Positions 24,393 to 36,307 of a DNA stretch of 64,000 nt are shown in pieces (position 1 is the first letter of the stretch; each line of letters opens with the position of its first letter). Both the position numbers and the translations under genes were made by a program. The DNA comes from Trichosphaerium sp. ATCC 40318 (Eukaryota > Protista > Tubulinea): assembly GCA_038496445.1 (NCBI GenBank), contig JALMLS010000175.1, positions 251,753 to 315,752 on the forward strand, read 5' to 3'. Under the pieces are notes generated by a model, which worked only from the letters and a program-made list of their open reading frames with translations, made no database searches and was not told where the DNA came from.

Positions 24393-26930
24393 TCATCTAT
24401 AAGCAGGTTCAACTACACTATTTTGTACTGGAGACATAACTTTTGGTTTTGTTACTAAGTCAGGATTAGTACGAGACGGACCGACACATTTTTTTTTTAT
24501 ACCTTGGCTTGAAACTGGCATTGGCTGGTTGGGTTTGTATGAACTGACAAGCGCTTTCGCAGTCTTGTTTCTCACTTTGAGATTCATATCTGGTCTATAG
24601 TGATTTATTGTTGCAGCAATTGAACATGTATCATTAGGATCCCACCAGAAAGGAATTGGTACTAATGTGAAACCTATGTAAAGTCTTATTTTTTTTTTGT
24701 TGGTTCTCTTTGGTTTGTCGTACCATAAGCAGCACATTGTAGTGCTTTACCTTGATCACGTTGTATAAATACGGAAGAAGGTATTTTAAATGGAATAATA
24801 TCTTGATAGTGTTGTTCGCCTGTAAACAAAGAATGAGAAATGAAATGCATAGTGAGCTTATACCTTGGTATTCGATAGCAATTTTATGGCTAGGAATACA
24901 AATATCGACACCTATTAAGCTTCCCGTATGCACACATGTGCCAATAGAATGTTCTTCTTCTACCGCGATGCCAGGGAAAATTGTTTTGATACACTCAAGA
25001 AGTAGCCTGTAGTTAAGAATTTAATGAGAAAATTTCAATATGCTTTTTTGGGTACTTTTGTTTTGCTTTCTTATTTGAAGAGAAAAACTTGCTCCAGTGC
25101 CATGATGAGTTTGGATACATTGCACTTAAAACAGAAATAAAATCTTTAGAAATACCATGGCCACCAAGACTAGATATCTTCGTCAAAGAAACGCGATACC
25201 TAACAAGAAAAGGTGAGATAAGAATAAACCCACAAAAAAAAACAACTAAAGACGCTTTGACTGTTATCTCAAAGCCACCAGCCTCAAACTCACATACAAT
25301 GCTCATGCAAACAGAGATTCTTGTCTTATAAATAGTTTCCGATAAATGTGAGATGCGTACCATTCTTCAGGAGAGGTAACATTTAGTTCGTTTTCAAGAT
25401 AACGAACAAATCTTACTCTATTTTGGTCACTCTTCCAATAGGTAGTTCCTACCGTCTTAAACTTCCATGGCAAGAATACCTCTTCTGGATATATGGTACT
25501 CAGCGCCTTACATAGAGAACCACCGTAATACCTTATGGTGTCAATCACATGAACAAGCATACCAAAAAAAAAAAAACTTACAGACTCACAAGATGACTTG
25601 CTTGGTGTGCTTGTAGTATATCCTGTGTAATATCATACCAACCATCCTTATTTGTTATACCAAGTAAACGCTTTACTTCATCGAATTTTGCTCTTTGGTT
25701 GTTAATATCCGTCCATGTTTTCATAGGTGTGCGTCTGGATTAAAACAAAGTTGCAGTGAGATTTTTACACGTGTCATTACTTCACTTACACGAAATGCCA
25801 TGCTATCCATTTCTTCTCAGGGTATATTACCTCAAGAGCTCTAGGAAGTGACTTTGCATATCTTAACAAGTGTTATTGTTGAAGTATTACGAGAGTTCAA
25901 GTTACCTTACAATAATATGTTGAACACCTAAGCCTGATAAACTCTGGTATGTATGTTTATACCAATCATCCAACGACGTCATTTTAAGTTTCTTATAAGC
26001 CAAGTCAAATTGTTCGCGCTGGTTAGCGATCAATGGATCAGTTGAAGTTCTACAAAACCAGGTTAGAATAAAAAAAAAGAAGAAAAAAAGCCATCACAAT
26101 TTTTTTGAAATCGTACTTGAATCTCCAACTCTCCCATTGAAAATCAGGATACAGATCATTCAAAGCACGCTCAACACAACTGCCATATCTAAACATGAAA
26201 ATATAAGAAAAGAAGGAGAGTACGAATTCGCTGAAATCTATCTTACTTACTTGTCAATAAAAACGCTAACGTTACCAAGCGCTAAAATATTATATCTTGT
26301 GTAGTTATACCAATCAGACATAACTTTAATACCCAGTTGTTCTGCTACGTTGTCAAATTTACTTCTTATATTATACAAGTCACTCCAATGATTCATTGGT
26401 GCAGTTCTAATAAAGAAGTTAGATAAGAATGAAAATCACGTGCAACTTGTTTTTTATTGGACGTACGAGAACTTCCATCCAATCCAGTTGTAGTAAGGGT
26501 ATAAATCGACCAAAGTCCTCATAATAGAATCGTTGTGTCTATGTCAAATATATAAACGATATGGTCGATACTACTAGGATGTACAATACAACAAAAATAG
26601 ACGAATGTCAAAAGTCTGAAAAGAAAAAAAAAGCGAGTTTTCTGCAAGTTTTTTATTTGCTTATTTAGTACCTATGGACTATAGTGTACCCCCCACAGTC
26701 AAATACGTCATTCTTGGTACACTTGTACCAATCATCCATTGTCTTTAGCTTTAGGGTTTCTTCTATTTCGTTAAACTTTGCTAGTCTTGCTTCTTTTGTT
26801 GTCCATTTGTTTCCCCGCCGCGTGGAAGTGACTGTGACATTATTGCTAAACGTTGTTTGTCTCTTTAATGTTACATTCTGTCACGTACGTTAAAACCGCT
26901 TTTGTAGTCGTTTTAGCGCTGTGTAACAAC
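24393..26930 (-). CDS. Protein with five ~68-aa W..N.R..FD..L.I...DWY..YP...W..W.F repeats and a C-terminal PD-(D/E)XK/RAP-like nuclease domain; start codon uncertain
   Basis: Repeats reconstructed across introns; C-terminus VDICIPSHKIAIEYQG|EQHY..QRDQGK..C...G|FTLVPIPFWWD. Confidence 0.75.
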
Positions 26931-27169
26931 ATTTAAGCGCGTTCGAGTACAATTTATTGTAGGATCGTTGACACGCGTTACACTCAATGTATAAATCGAA
27001 AATACGCCATTGCGTGTTTAAAACGCGCTTTTAGACGATTTGGTGTTGTATTGCTACAAGTATTCGCAGCTGCTTGTATGGCGCTCTATACAACCACTTT
27101 AGCGACGTAATCTTGTTTATGGTACAACAAAGTTTGTAGCAGTCAAATCTCGTCTTATCTGCTTCGAGC

Positions 27170-29452
27170 ATGCTGCTGTTGTTCCTCTTCTTTAGCTTTG
27201 GCTTGGGCGAGGTTACACACGAGTTTACGCCTTTAGAACAAGCGATAGTCAGCCTAGATGCGGCCGCAGCCGAAAAAGCACATGCCAATGGCGAAACTAT
27301 CCAAGGAAGGCTCTCACGAGTCAATAACTTCTATTGTTACGCTGTCGCTGAAGGTATGATAACTCCTTCGTCTTAAAGTATTTACAAAGCAACAAAAAGG
27401 ATCACTAGACGTTGTAAAGTTCTTTGTGAACACAATGAAGCTATCTTCGAATACTCTGTGTATCGTAGAATCAGGAAAATCGCCACTAACGTTTTTTGCT
27501 TTAAAAGGTGCGTATACAGCTTCTTTACACCGCAATTACTCATGGAGTAATGTTAAGGATGGGATGAAGTTACTAGATTAGATCATGGGAGGCCAATAAA
27601 ACCGAACACGCACGTGATTTACTTCCAGTTTTTTGTTTGTTTGACATATTTTGTCTAGAGATCACATTGCTGTGCTGAAATTCCTTCTAGATAAAGGCGC
27701 GTTGGTGAATGCTAAGAACGCTAAAGGAATGACGGCTCTTCATAGCGCTGTGCATACACGTAATATAGAAGCTGTTAAGCTTCTCATCGAACGAGGTTTG
27801 TAACATGTTTTGAGAAGTTTGTTCCACTGTTATGACTAAAGTTAGGGGCGATGTTGCTATCGGGTTCACTGACACCTCTTCATATATTATATTCACGTGC
27901 TACGAATGATTTCAAGAATATGATACCAGGTTATGTACTACGAAGACAAAAAGATCAGGATTTTGGAGACAACACAGTTAATGCAATAGAACGTTTTCAA
28001 ATAGATATCGACTATTCGTATCGTATGTCAGTGCTTAGTATACTATTATCAATGCTAATTTATACACTAGGTACTAATAGAACCATTGGTGTATCTGAGT
28101 GGTGGGATTCTTCGTATGTTGAATGGAATAAACCGTATCTTGAGGCATTTAGTTCAGCTAAAGGATTTGACAAGAAATTTATTAATGCACGATACCTGAG
28201 ATATGATCAAACTGCTTTACATCTTGCAGCAGATGCTGGAGACCTTAATGGTATTTCATGGATGATAGAAAATGGAGCAAACATTAAATTGCAAGATACA
28301 CATGGCTATACGGCACTACATGCGGCAGCACGGAGGTAAAGGAAATAGAAGTGATATTATTAATTTTTAATTAAAGGAACAACACTGAAGTATTTAAAGC
28401 ACTTGACAGTGAAGAGCTGTCAAGTATCAAGGATAAGTATGGTAGAACTGCAAGGGATATTTTAGAGACATGGAACGCGGAGGCTTTTATTGAGTTTCCA
28501 GATGGAGAAGAAGAAGGAACGAATACACATTATATTGAAGAAAGAGATGATATTTCTAAAGAAGAAATGAAACGAGATTTCTTATCTATTTTGAAACCTG
28601 TCAAGTACTTTTTTTTCGTGTTGTTCATCTACCTCCCTTTGCTTTATAGTCTCTTATTTGGTAATAGGATAATTAATGCTGCTGATAAGTATTTTGGTGA
28701 AATATTACCTAAATTATCACGTGATAATTTAATCGAGAAGTATGGAGAAACAACTGTAAAAATATCTCCTATACCTTATGCGAGAAAATATGGTTTAAGG
28801 AATGTTACAAAAAAAATGACATTGGAGGAATACATCACAAGCATTGATGCTGAAACAAAAGAAGGTTCTACTGAAGAAAATATAGAACATAACGAAGATG
28901 GCGTACCATATTTATTTGATCATATTAAATGGCCAGAGCCGGGTCCCTTTGAAGGTATCAATTTACCAAACATTTTTGATGGTTGTTACATAAGACGTGT
29001 ACAATTCTATTACGGACCTAAAGACTCAGGTAATATACTACCTTGAACTATTGACTTATGATATTTTTATTAGGAGCACCAGTACATTATCATCAGAACG
29101 CTGTAAATGTATTGGTAACAGGGAAAAAGAAGTGGTTCATTTTTCCGTTCAGGGTATGTAGAGTTTTTACTTTGTTTTTTTGACCTTTTTTCAAGTATTC
29201 CTTTGTATCTTCTATGCCTATGCATCGGTGGGTTGAAGAAATTTTACCAAGTGTACATCCTAAGCCTATAATTTTTATTCAAAATGCTGGAGATGTTGTG
29301 TATATTCCTGATAGCTGGTATGTAGAATTGTGTTTTATTTTTAACTTGAAACTTATCCAAAACAAAAAGGGGTCATGGAGTTTTAAACTTGGAAACTTCT
29401 ATTGGTTTTGCAGCAGAAATTGGATTCAAAAAGGGTTCTTGAATTGGTGTAA
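27170..29452 (+). CDS. Signal peptide + ankyrin repeats + JmjC (JMJD8-like) oxygenase
   Basis: Ank motifs GMTALHSA, QTALHLAA, GYTALHAAA; JmjC QFYYGPKDSGAPVHYHQNA..GKKKWFIFP, QNAGDVVYIPDSWGHGVLNLETSIG. Confidence 0.88.
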
Positions 29453-29758
29453 GTTAGAGTCTACATAAAATCTTTGTGTACAAACAGTGACCTAAGATAA
29501 CACAGAATTCATGAGAAACTTATTGAGTACTGTTTTTGTTTGTCGACTCAACTCGGCTTGTAGACTTATGAGTTTAACAGCCGCTTCCGTTAAACGTTTT
29601 CCTTGCCCTCAAAAACTAGAACCAAAAAAGTCAAATGTGGCATATAATTTCCTGACAATCAACCAACTTTCGCAATAATTTCCTATTTCGTCTAGCCGAA
29701 TATTCAATGTTTTTGGCTTAAATACTATACTTTAAGATTGTATTTTTTGCTGATCATC

Positions 29759-30879
29759 ATGTATGAAGCCACACCTAAATCAGAACTACTCAAAGCTGTG
29801 CTAGCAAATGATATTACAGCCGTCGAAAAATTACTACAGCAAGGCGCAAACCCAAACGAAACTGTTTATCCCTGTGATGGATGGTCTACTGTCGAGTAAT
29901 ACCCACCTTTTCATAAACATACAGTTAACTGACTACAAATTATAGATACACGCTTATACACATTCCCTTATGCACAGCGAAACGACTTACAAACGAGGAA
30001 GTGATACCAAACATAAAACTAACTTCAATGCTTCTCAATTACAATGCAAACGTCAATGGGCTTTATGTAGCGTATGGCTGGGCCCCAATTAAAACTTCAG
30101 CTTTACGAGAGATCGTGGCATTGACAATTGAAAACCCTTCAAAAGAGTACTATGACCTCTTGAAGCTTGGGTTATCAAAAGGCGGTGATGTAAATACGTC
30201 AGTAACAGAAGAAAAAGCAAGGTGTTACTACACAGAAACGTTACTAACAAAAGCGCTTGGTCATCCTGTTGTCCTTCAAATGTTACTCAAGACACGTGGC
30301 ACTGATCCTGATATCTATAATTATTTAGAAGCTTATAATGTTTGTTCAGTAGAACATGAAGCACACTTTACAGCATTACATCACTTGATTAAAACCCGAG
30401 ATTTCCACGAACTATCAATGCTGTTATTACTTCACTACGGAGCAGATGTTAACAAGAAGAAAAATTATAAGTTTGGTTTTGAGTCGACATGTGCTTCAGC
30501 CACACCTTTGCATTTGGCTATTAAATCAAAAGATGTCAAGAAAGTTGTGATTCTTCGTATGTTCAATGCAGATGTAACAATACCTTTCTCTTCTGGGGGT
30601 GAGACATCAAATTGTATGGAACTAGTTGATAAGTACATGGATACAAAATCACAAGATGATAAAGAAGCAAAGAAACTGATGACATTGGCATTAAATCACA
30701 GATGGCATCCAAGATTACATAAATATTTTCCAAGGTTGTTTAGGGAGCAAGTTTTTTACCTTATGCTCTGTATTAAACGAGTTGAACCTTATCTACCACG
30801 TGAATTATTACAATACATAATATGTCAGTTTGCCTATGGAGGGTTTTTTGAACCTAAATTTATTGTTGGCTTACTTTGA
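29759..30879 (+). CDS. Ankyrin-repeat protein with C-terminal F-box/SOCS-like tail, one intron
   Basis: LLQQGANPN, LLHYGADVN, ATPLHLAI; tail WHPRLHKYFP..FREQVFYLMLC..LPRELLQYIICQF. Confidence 0.8.
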
Positions 30880-31283
30880 AGCTTAAATAAAATTTTAATT
30901 TACAATTTTTGTTTGTTGCTTGCAAAACCATTCTTTGTTTTTTCAATTTAAATAACCATAGTGAAACTAAGTGGACTGGTGCTAATATTCTGGATGAACC
31001 ATTTCAGGGGTTCAATTAATGAGACCGAAGCTCAATTCTGAACTCAACAGAAGACGCATTAACATGATTAAACTAACCTAGCCCTTGAACACTTCATTTT
31101 CTTTCTGGCGCAACGGTTATTCTAAGATGTCAATGGTGCTGCGCTGAAGGGGCGTCTTTGGTTAACGCTTCCCAAAGACATGCAGGCCTTAAACATCTAA
31201 GAAACTTTCTTGTATGACAATTCACAATCTATTAGATTCCAAGAAGTGTCGGTTCTTGTGAATAGTCCAGCTTGTTCTTTCAA

Positions 31284-32447
31284 ATGCTCTCACAACCAAA
31301 GCAACTTCAAGAGGGTGTTCCTACAAGCGATGACTACACCTCACAGCTCAATTTTGATAGTTTGAGTGAAATCACAGCATTTCTGTCCCTTTATGATATC
31401 CACTCTCTTCTATGCGTATCTAAATACTACAATCAAACGTTGGACAATTACAGAGACCCATGGAGGCAATTTCTTCTTCGAACAGCTCCAGAATGTGCGT
31501 CAGTACTTCTCTACGCCATAAAAGATCCTTCAGTATTAAAACGGGTCTGCTCCTACCTATTTTCTCAAGATCTCGAAGAAACAATGCCGTTTCGCTTGAA
31601 AAAGGTGTACAAGTTATCATCACGTGCTGTAGAGTTGCCTATGAAACGAAGTCGTCGTGCACCTAAAAACACGTTTGAGTTCTCTTGGATCAACAGCCTT
31701 GAAACAACTGAAGCTGAACTTGCAAACGCAAAACAGATAATGTTTCTAAGGTGGCAATACAAGCAATGGGAGGAAATGAAGCCTTTAGCTACAATGAAGA
31801 TTTTTGATAAAGATGTTTCTTTGGGCAAGCTCTTTCGCCTTCTTTTCCGCCATTACTATGCTAGAAATACAGGTGCTGATAACGTGGTATGGGGAACCCA
31901 TCAATTATGTCATTATACTCAAGTTAAAGCACATATGATTGGATTATGTGGAAAGTCTGTTGAGTTTATTGCAAGGTATCATAAGTTTGACTGCTATCAC
32001 AGAATGGAAAATTTAAAAGCTGAAAAGTATAAGGTAGTTGATACAGAAGAGGTGTTTAAATCTACAAGAAATTTCAATACAGATATTCCACCAGAAACAA
32101 TAAAACCTATGGTTTCTTTAGATGAGTCAAAAGATGGCCCCGAGTTTGAAGATATAGATGAACTAAACAAGAAGAATTTTCTTTTCTGCACAAAAAAAAG
32201 TGAATTTGGGACTTTTGATAAACGTTTTACTTCAGCTGATGTTGAGATCATATCCACTACGTTGTTTGGTGGTTTGGTTACAAATCATAAAGAAATAGCA
32301 TGTGATTTGTCTACTTTTTTACGTAGGAATCTCTTCCCAGGGATGTTGAGGCCAAATATTGAAGTATCTTCCTCATATGGCTATTCAATTAAACCTACTG
32401 GTATTGCCTATGATTGTTGTACTGGATACATGGTTTTTAGTAAATAA
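31284..32447 (+). CDS. Intronless F-box protein with unknown C-terminal domain
   Basis: LNFDSLSEITAFLSLYDIHSLLCVSKYYNQ..DPWR is F-box-like; ORF of about 387 codons. Confidence 0.75.
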   Translation: MLSQPKQLQEGVPTSDDYTSQLNFDSLSEITAFLSLYDIHSLLCVSKYYNQTLDNYRDPWRQFLLRTAPECASVLLYAIKDPSVLKRVCSYLFSQDLEETMPFRLKKVYKLSSRAVELPMKRSRRAPKNTFEFSWINSLETTEAELANAKQIMFLRWQYKQWEEMKPLATMKIFDKDVSLGKLFRLLFRHYYARNTGADNVVWGTHQLCHYTQVKAHMIGLCGKSVEFIARYHKFDCYHRMENLKAEKYKVVDTEEVFKSTRNFNTDIPPETIKPMVSLDESKDGPEFEDIDELNKKNFLFCTKKSEFGTFDKRFTSADVEIISTTLFGGLVTNHKEIACDLSTFLRRNLFPGMLRPNIEVSSSYGYSIKPTGIAYDCCTGYMVFSK

Positions 32448-32689
32448 TGTCATTTTTACACATTTTCTTCAAAAATGTTGCTTCCACTTGTCAGAATTAA
32501 ATGAGAATATACGCATTCAAAGGGGCAATGAAAAAGGTTATCTATTCCACGTGATGTCTAATTAACTCTATTCTCAGGTATTGAACATCTATGTGTTGGA
32601 GAGGATCAACAAAGAACTAAACACTACTTTGTTTTTTATTAACGTATAGTACTTTCGCAACACCTCACTGTCTTATCGAGATACTACAA

Positions 32690-32800
32690 CATAAGTGCCT
32701 TGAATTTGCAAATCTGGATAACAGCAGGCTTAATGTGAACTCTATTGAGTCTTTCATTCTTACAATGTTTAGAACGGCAAGTGTAAGCTTTGATAAAGTG
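32690..32800 (+). pseudogene. Degenerate Rab-type GTPase fragment
   Basis: LNLQIW(I)TAG resembles LQIWDTAG, followed by an SFDKV-like segment; no intact frame. Confidence 0.35.
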
Positions 32801-33264
32801 TATCATTTGAGAATAATCAGTTTTATCAATCGGTGGATGTCTCGATATTTCTTTGATTTCGAAGCACGTGATAGAAAAAACCCTTCACGTGATTTTGTCC
32901 TGTCAAATTAACGTCACTACATGCACATTTTGGCACAAAAGTAGCGTTAGGTCAGCACGAATATTTTTAAAAGGGCTGATAGAGGGATTTCAATCACTCG
33001 TGTGTAGAACTGTAATTTTAAGCCGTTTTAGACTACCTCTAATCAAAATAAAGTAGCTGGTTCAAAAAGAAGCTAATTACTTTGATGTTCACTGAATGAA
33101 GACTGGTTGGTCGTTCTAAATCTCGGACCGCCAATGGACCGAAAAACGATAGCTGGAAACCGGACCGGTATTTGCCAGCTCTACGTTGTGTCTTTTATAC
33201 GCCATTGTTTAAAACAGGGCTGAAACCAGCCAACGTTCATAGCATTTGCAGTCAAAATTAGTCA

Positions 33265-34320
33265 ATGATATCGCAAAATTCTTTAGTTCCTTGGAGTACG
33301 CCAATGAACCAAAACACGTGTTTCTTTGATGAAATTCCTGTTGAAGTTATTGTTCATATCCTACAAAACGTTTCGTTGTCTGCTTTGCGCTCAGTAGTGC
33401 GTACATCTAAAATATTGGCCAATATCGCAAAACAGCACTTGGGATACGGAGATAAACGCATAATCAGAATTAAATCTAAAAAGAAGTTGAAAAAACTGCA
33501 TAAAACAGCACCACAGCTCATCAAGTCCAACGAGCTTGTTCTATGGTTCTCTCTAAAACAAAAGCACTTAAAATACCTACAGGGAGTGTATGAACTCTAC
33601 ATATTAAAAATGTTCTCAGAGGTTGATTTTACAGACTTTAACATTGTTGGCAGTATTGACTTTAGACATTGTAAGAATGTGACAGATGATCACCTTATAC
33701 AACTTGCTGGAATTCAAAAGATAAACTTATTTGCTACCAATGTGACAGATAGAGGTGTCAAAGCTTTAGCTGGCGTTCATACAATTAATCTTAGTCGTTG
33801 CAATAGAATAACAGGCTCAGGTGTAAAAGCACTTGCTGGAGTTCATATCATTGATCTAAGTTATTGTGAGAATGTTACAGATGATGGTATCAAAGAACTA
33901 GCTGGAGTTGAAGTAATCCGTTTGAGAAGTTGCAACCAAATCACAGATAAAGGTATTATACCATTGGCAGGAGTTCATTGCATTGATTTAGAGCATTGTT
34001 GTGATGGCATCACAGATGCTGGTGTCAAAGCATTGGCAGGAGTTCATACAATTGATTTACGCTGTTGTAGTAATTTAACAGATGCTGGTATCAAGGCATT
34101 GGCAGGAGCACATACGATTGATTTAAGTAATACAAGTGTGACAGACGATGGTGTAAAAGCATTGGCTGGTGTTCATACAATTGAGTTAAACCATTGTGAT
34201 TGTATTACTATTGATGGTATTAAAGCATTAACAGGTGCAAATTTGATTGTGCTATTTAGATGTCAGCACATAAAAGAAAGCGACATTCAAGGTTGGGATG
34301 GTGCTAATGTAATAATATAA
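33265..34320 (+). CDS. F-box/LRR protein (copy 2), intronless
   Basis: F-box EIPVEVIVHILQNV..VRTSK; about ten LAGVHTIxLxxCxxITDxGVKA repeats. Confidence 0.9.
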   Translation: MISQNSLVPWSTPMNQNTCFFDEIPVEVIVHILQNVSLSALRSVVRTSKILANIAKQHLGYGDKRIIRIKSKKKLKKLHKTAPQLIKSNELVLWFSLKQKHLKYLQGVYELYILKMFSEVDFTDFNIVGSIDFRHCKNVTDDHLIQLAGIQKINLFATNVTDRGVKALAGVHTINLSRCNRITGSGVKALAGVHIIDLSYCENVTDDGIKELAGVEVIRLRSCNQITDKGIIPLAGVHCIDLEHCCDGITDAGVKALAGVHTIDLRCCSNLTDAGIKALAGAHTIDLSNTSVTDDGVKALAGVHTIELNHCDCITIDGIKALTGANLIVLFRCQHIKESDIQGWDGANVII

Positions 34321-34606
34321 GGTTGGAGCAGTTCCAAATACCTCTTGTACCGCTCCAATGCGGCCAAATAAAACTGTTGCAAGTCTTCAAAGAAAGAAGT
34401 GAAACAATTGGGAACAAAACAATGTTCTTTCCAGCACTTTGTACTTGGTCGTGTAACAACCTTATCAGTAATGACCGCCCAGCGATAGGTAGCAAACATT
34501 TTCGCTTTAAGCAGTTTGCAGTATTGGGCTTAGCTAATCGCTGCTACAAGATAAATCAGCAGAAAAATTGATACTTGTAAAATTGCATCTTGTCTGTTTG
34601 TGTTTA

Positions 34607-35988
34607 TTATGGTAACAAGTGATTTAGAAAGAGTGTTCTAGATAGTGTAATGTACAGTACTGTATGAGCACAAAGTGACTTGACGCCTTCATCTGTAATG
34701 CCATAACAACCACTAAGATTAATGGTATGAATGCCAGCAAGAGCTTTAATGCCTTCATTTGTGACTAAAGAACAATTTTTGATGTAAAACAGTATGAGCA
34801 CCAAGTGCTTTAACACCTTCATCAGTTACTTTGGTGTAACTGAGGTAAATGGTATGAACTCCAGTAAGTGCTTTTACGCCTTTATCTGTTATGTGTCTGC
34901 ACCATTTAAGATTAATTATATGTACACCATGAAGTGACTTCACACCTTCATCAGTTATGCCATCACAATGACTTAAATTAATTGTATGCACACCAGAAAG
35001 TACTTTTAAGCCTTCATCTGTGATATTGCAACAAGTAAGATTAATGGTATGGACGCCACAAAGCGATTTCACACCTTCATCAGTAATGTCATCACAATTA
35101 CTTAAATTAATTGTATGCACACCAGAAAGTGCTTTTAAGCCTTCATCTGTGATATTGCAACAAGTAAGATTAATAGTATGAACTCCTGATAGTGATTTAA
35201 TGCCTACATCTGATATACCTTGACAATGACTTAGATTAATGGTACGAACTCCTGCAAGAGCTTCAACACCTTCATCTGTAATGCCATAACAACCACTTAA
35301 GTCAATAGTATGGACACCAGAAAGAGCTTTGACACCTTCATCTGTAACACCTAGACAACGTCTGAGATTAATAGTATGAACTCCTGATAGTGATTTAATG
35401 CCTACATCTGATATACCTTGACAATGACTTAGATTAATGGTATGAACTCCTGCAAGAGTTTTAACACTTTCATCTGTAATGCGCTTGCAACGACATAGAT
35501 TAATTGAATAAACACCAGAAAGAGCTTTGACACCTTCATCTGTAACGCCATCACAACAATTTAGATCAATGGTATGAACTCCAGCAAACGATTTGACACC
35601 TTCATCTGTAATTTCAAAACAATCACTTACATCGATGTTACGAACACCAGCAAATTGTTTGAAAATACTTGTGTACAACACATCAAACGAGAGTTTGATT
35701 TTTGTATGCCGTAGACTGCTTCTGTGTTTTAACAGTGCTTTTATTTGATCTTCACGTGTAATCGTAACACAGTAGTACCCAATAATGTCATGAATGATGG
35801 AAGCAAAGAGATTACACGTTTGGCAAGCAGCAAAACGTGATATCTTCAAACGACTTAGTAAATCAGCTAAAATCTCTGGAGGTAAGTCTAAAATGCGTAT
35901 TGGTGCACTTGTAGAAAGTTAGAAGATAGATAGCAGCTGTACTTAGTGTATACCTTTTATTCGCAGTAGCTAGACGTTTTTCTGACAT
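34607..35988 (-). CDS. F-box/LRR protein (copy 3): one 5' intron, about 14 LRRs, frameshift near 34790
   Basis: MSEKRLATANK|..ILDLPPEILADLLSRLKISRFAACQTC; repeats continue in another frame after a T-run at ~34787-34790. Confidence 0.85.
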
Positions 35989-36307
35989 ACTACAATTTCT
36001 ATTCTGTAAACGGTCTAATTATAAGAGCCAGAACACGTTACGTTTCCATCACGTTCTCGGAGTAAATAGCGTAACTTAATGTATAAGGCTCACTTAGAGC
36101 ATATAAACCCAGTCGTGGCTACCACGAACTCGTAGGAATGCCCAATGTTGTTGTCACTTGCCTTGTGTTTTTACGCCATCTTCTACTAAACTCATAAGGC
36201 GACACATTACAGTTGTTTTGTAAGAGTTCCAATTTCTTAACACGTGTTTTAGCAACTTGATTGGGTTGAGCGATTGCAAACTTAAAGATTTTTTATTTTT
36301 CTCGAGT

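Noticed and set aside
30985-31045. Possible C/D-box snoRNA (GGATGA...CTGA with short rRNA-like antisense stretches)
   Set aside because: Box C is imperfect, there is no terminal stem and the complementarity is too short to support without a covariance search
34650-35620. Regular 63-66-bp repeats with variable intervals resembling a CRISPR array (also 33680-34230 and 62380-63030)
   Set aside because: They are in-frame LRR codons with synonymous variation; no cas genes; eukaryotic context
29759-35988. Endogenous giant-virus insertion
   Set aside because: No viral hallmark genes (capsid, polymerase B, packaging ATPase); two genes have spliceosomal introns; composition and CACGTG density match the host
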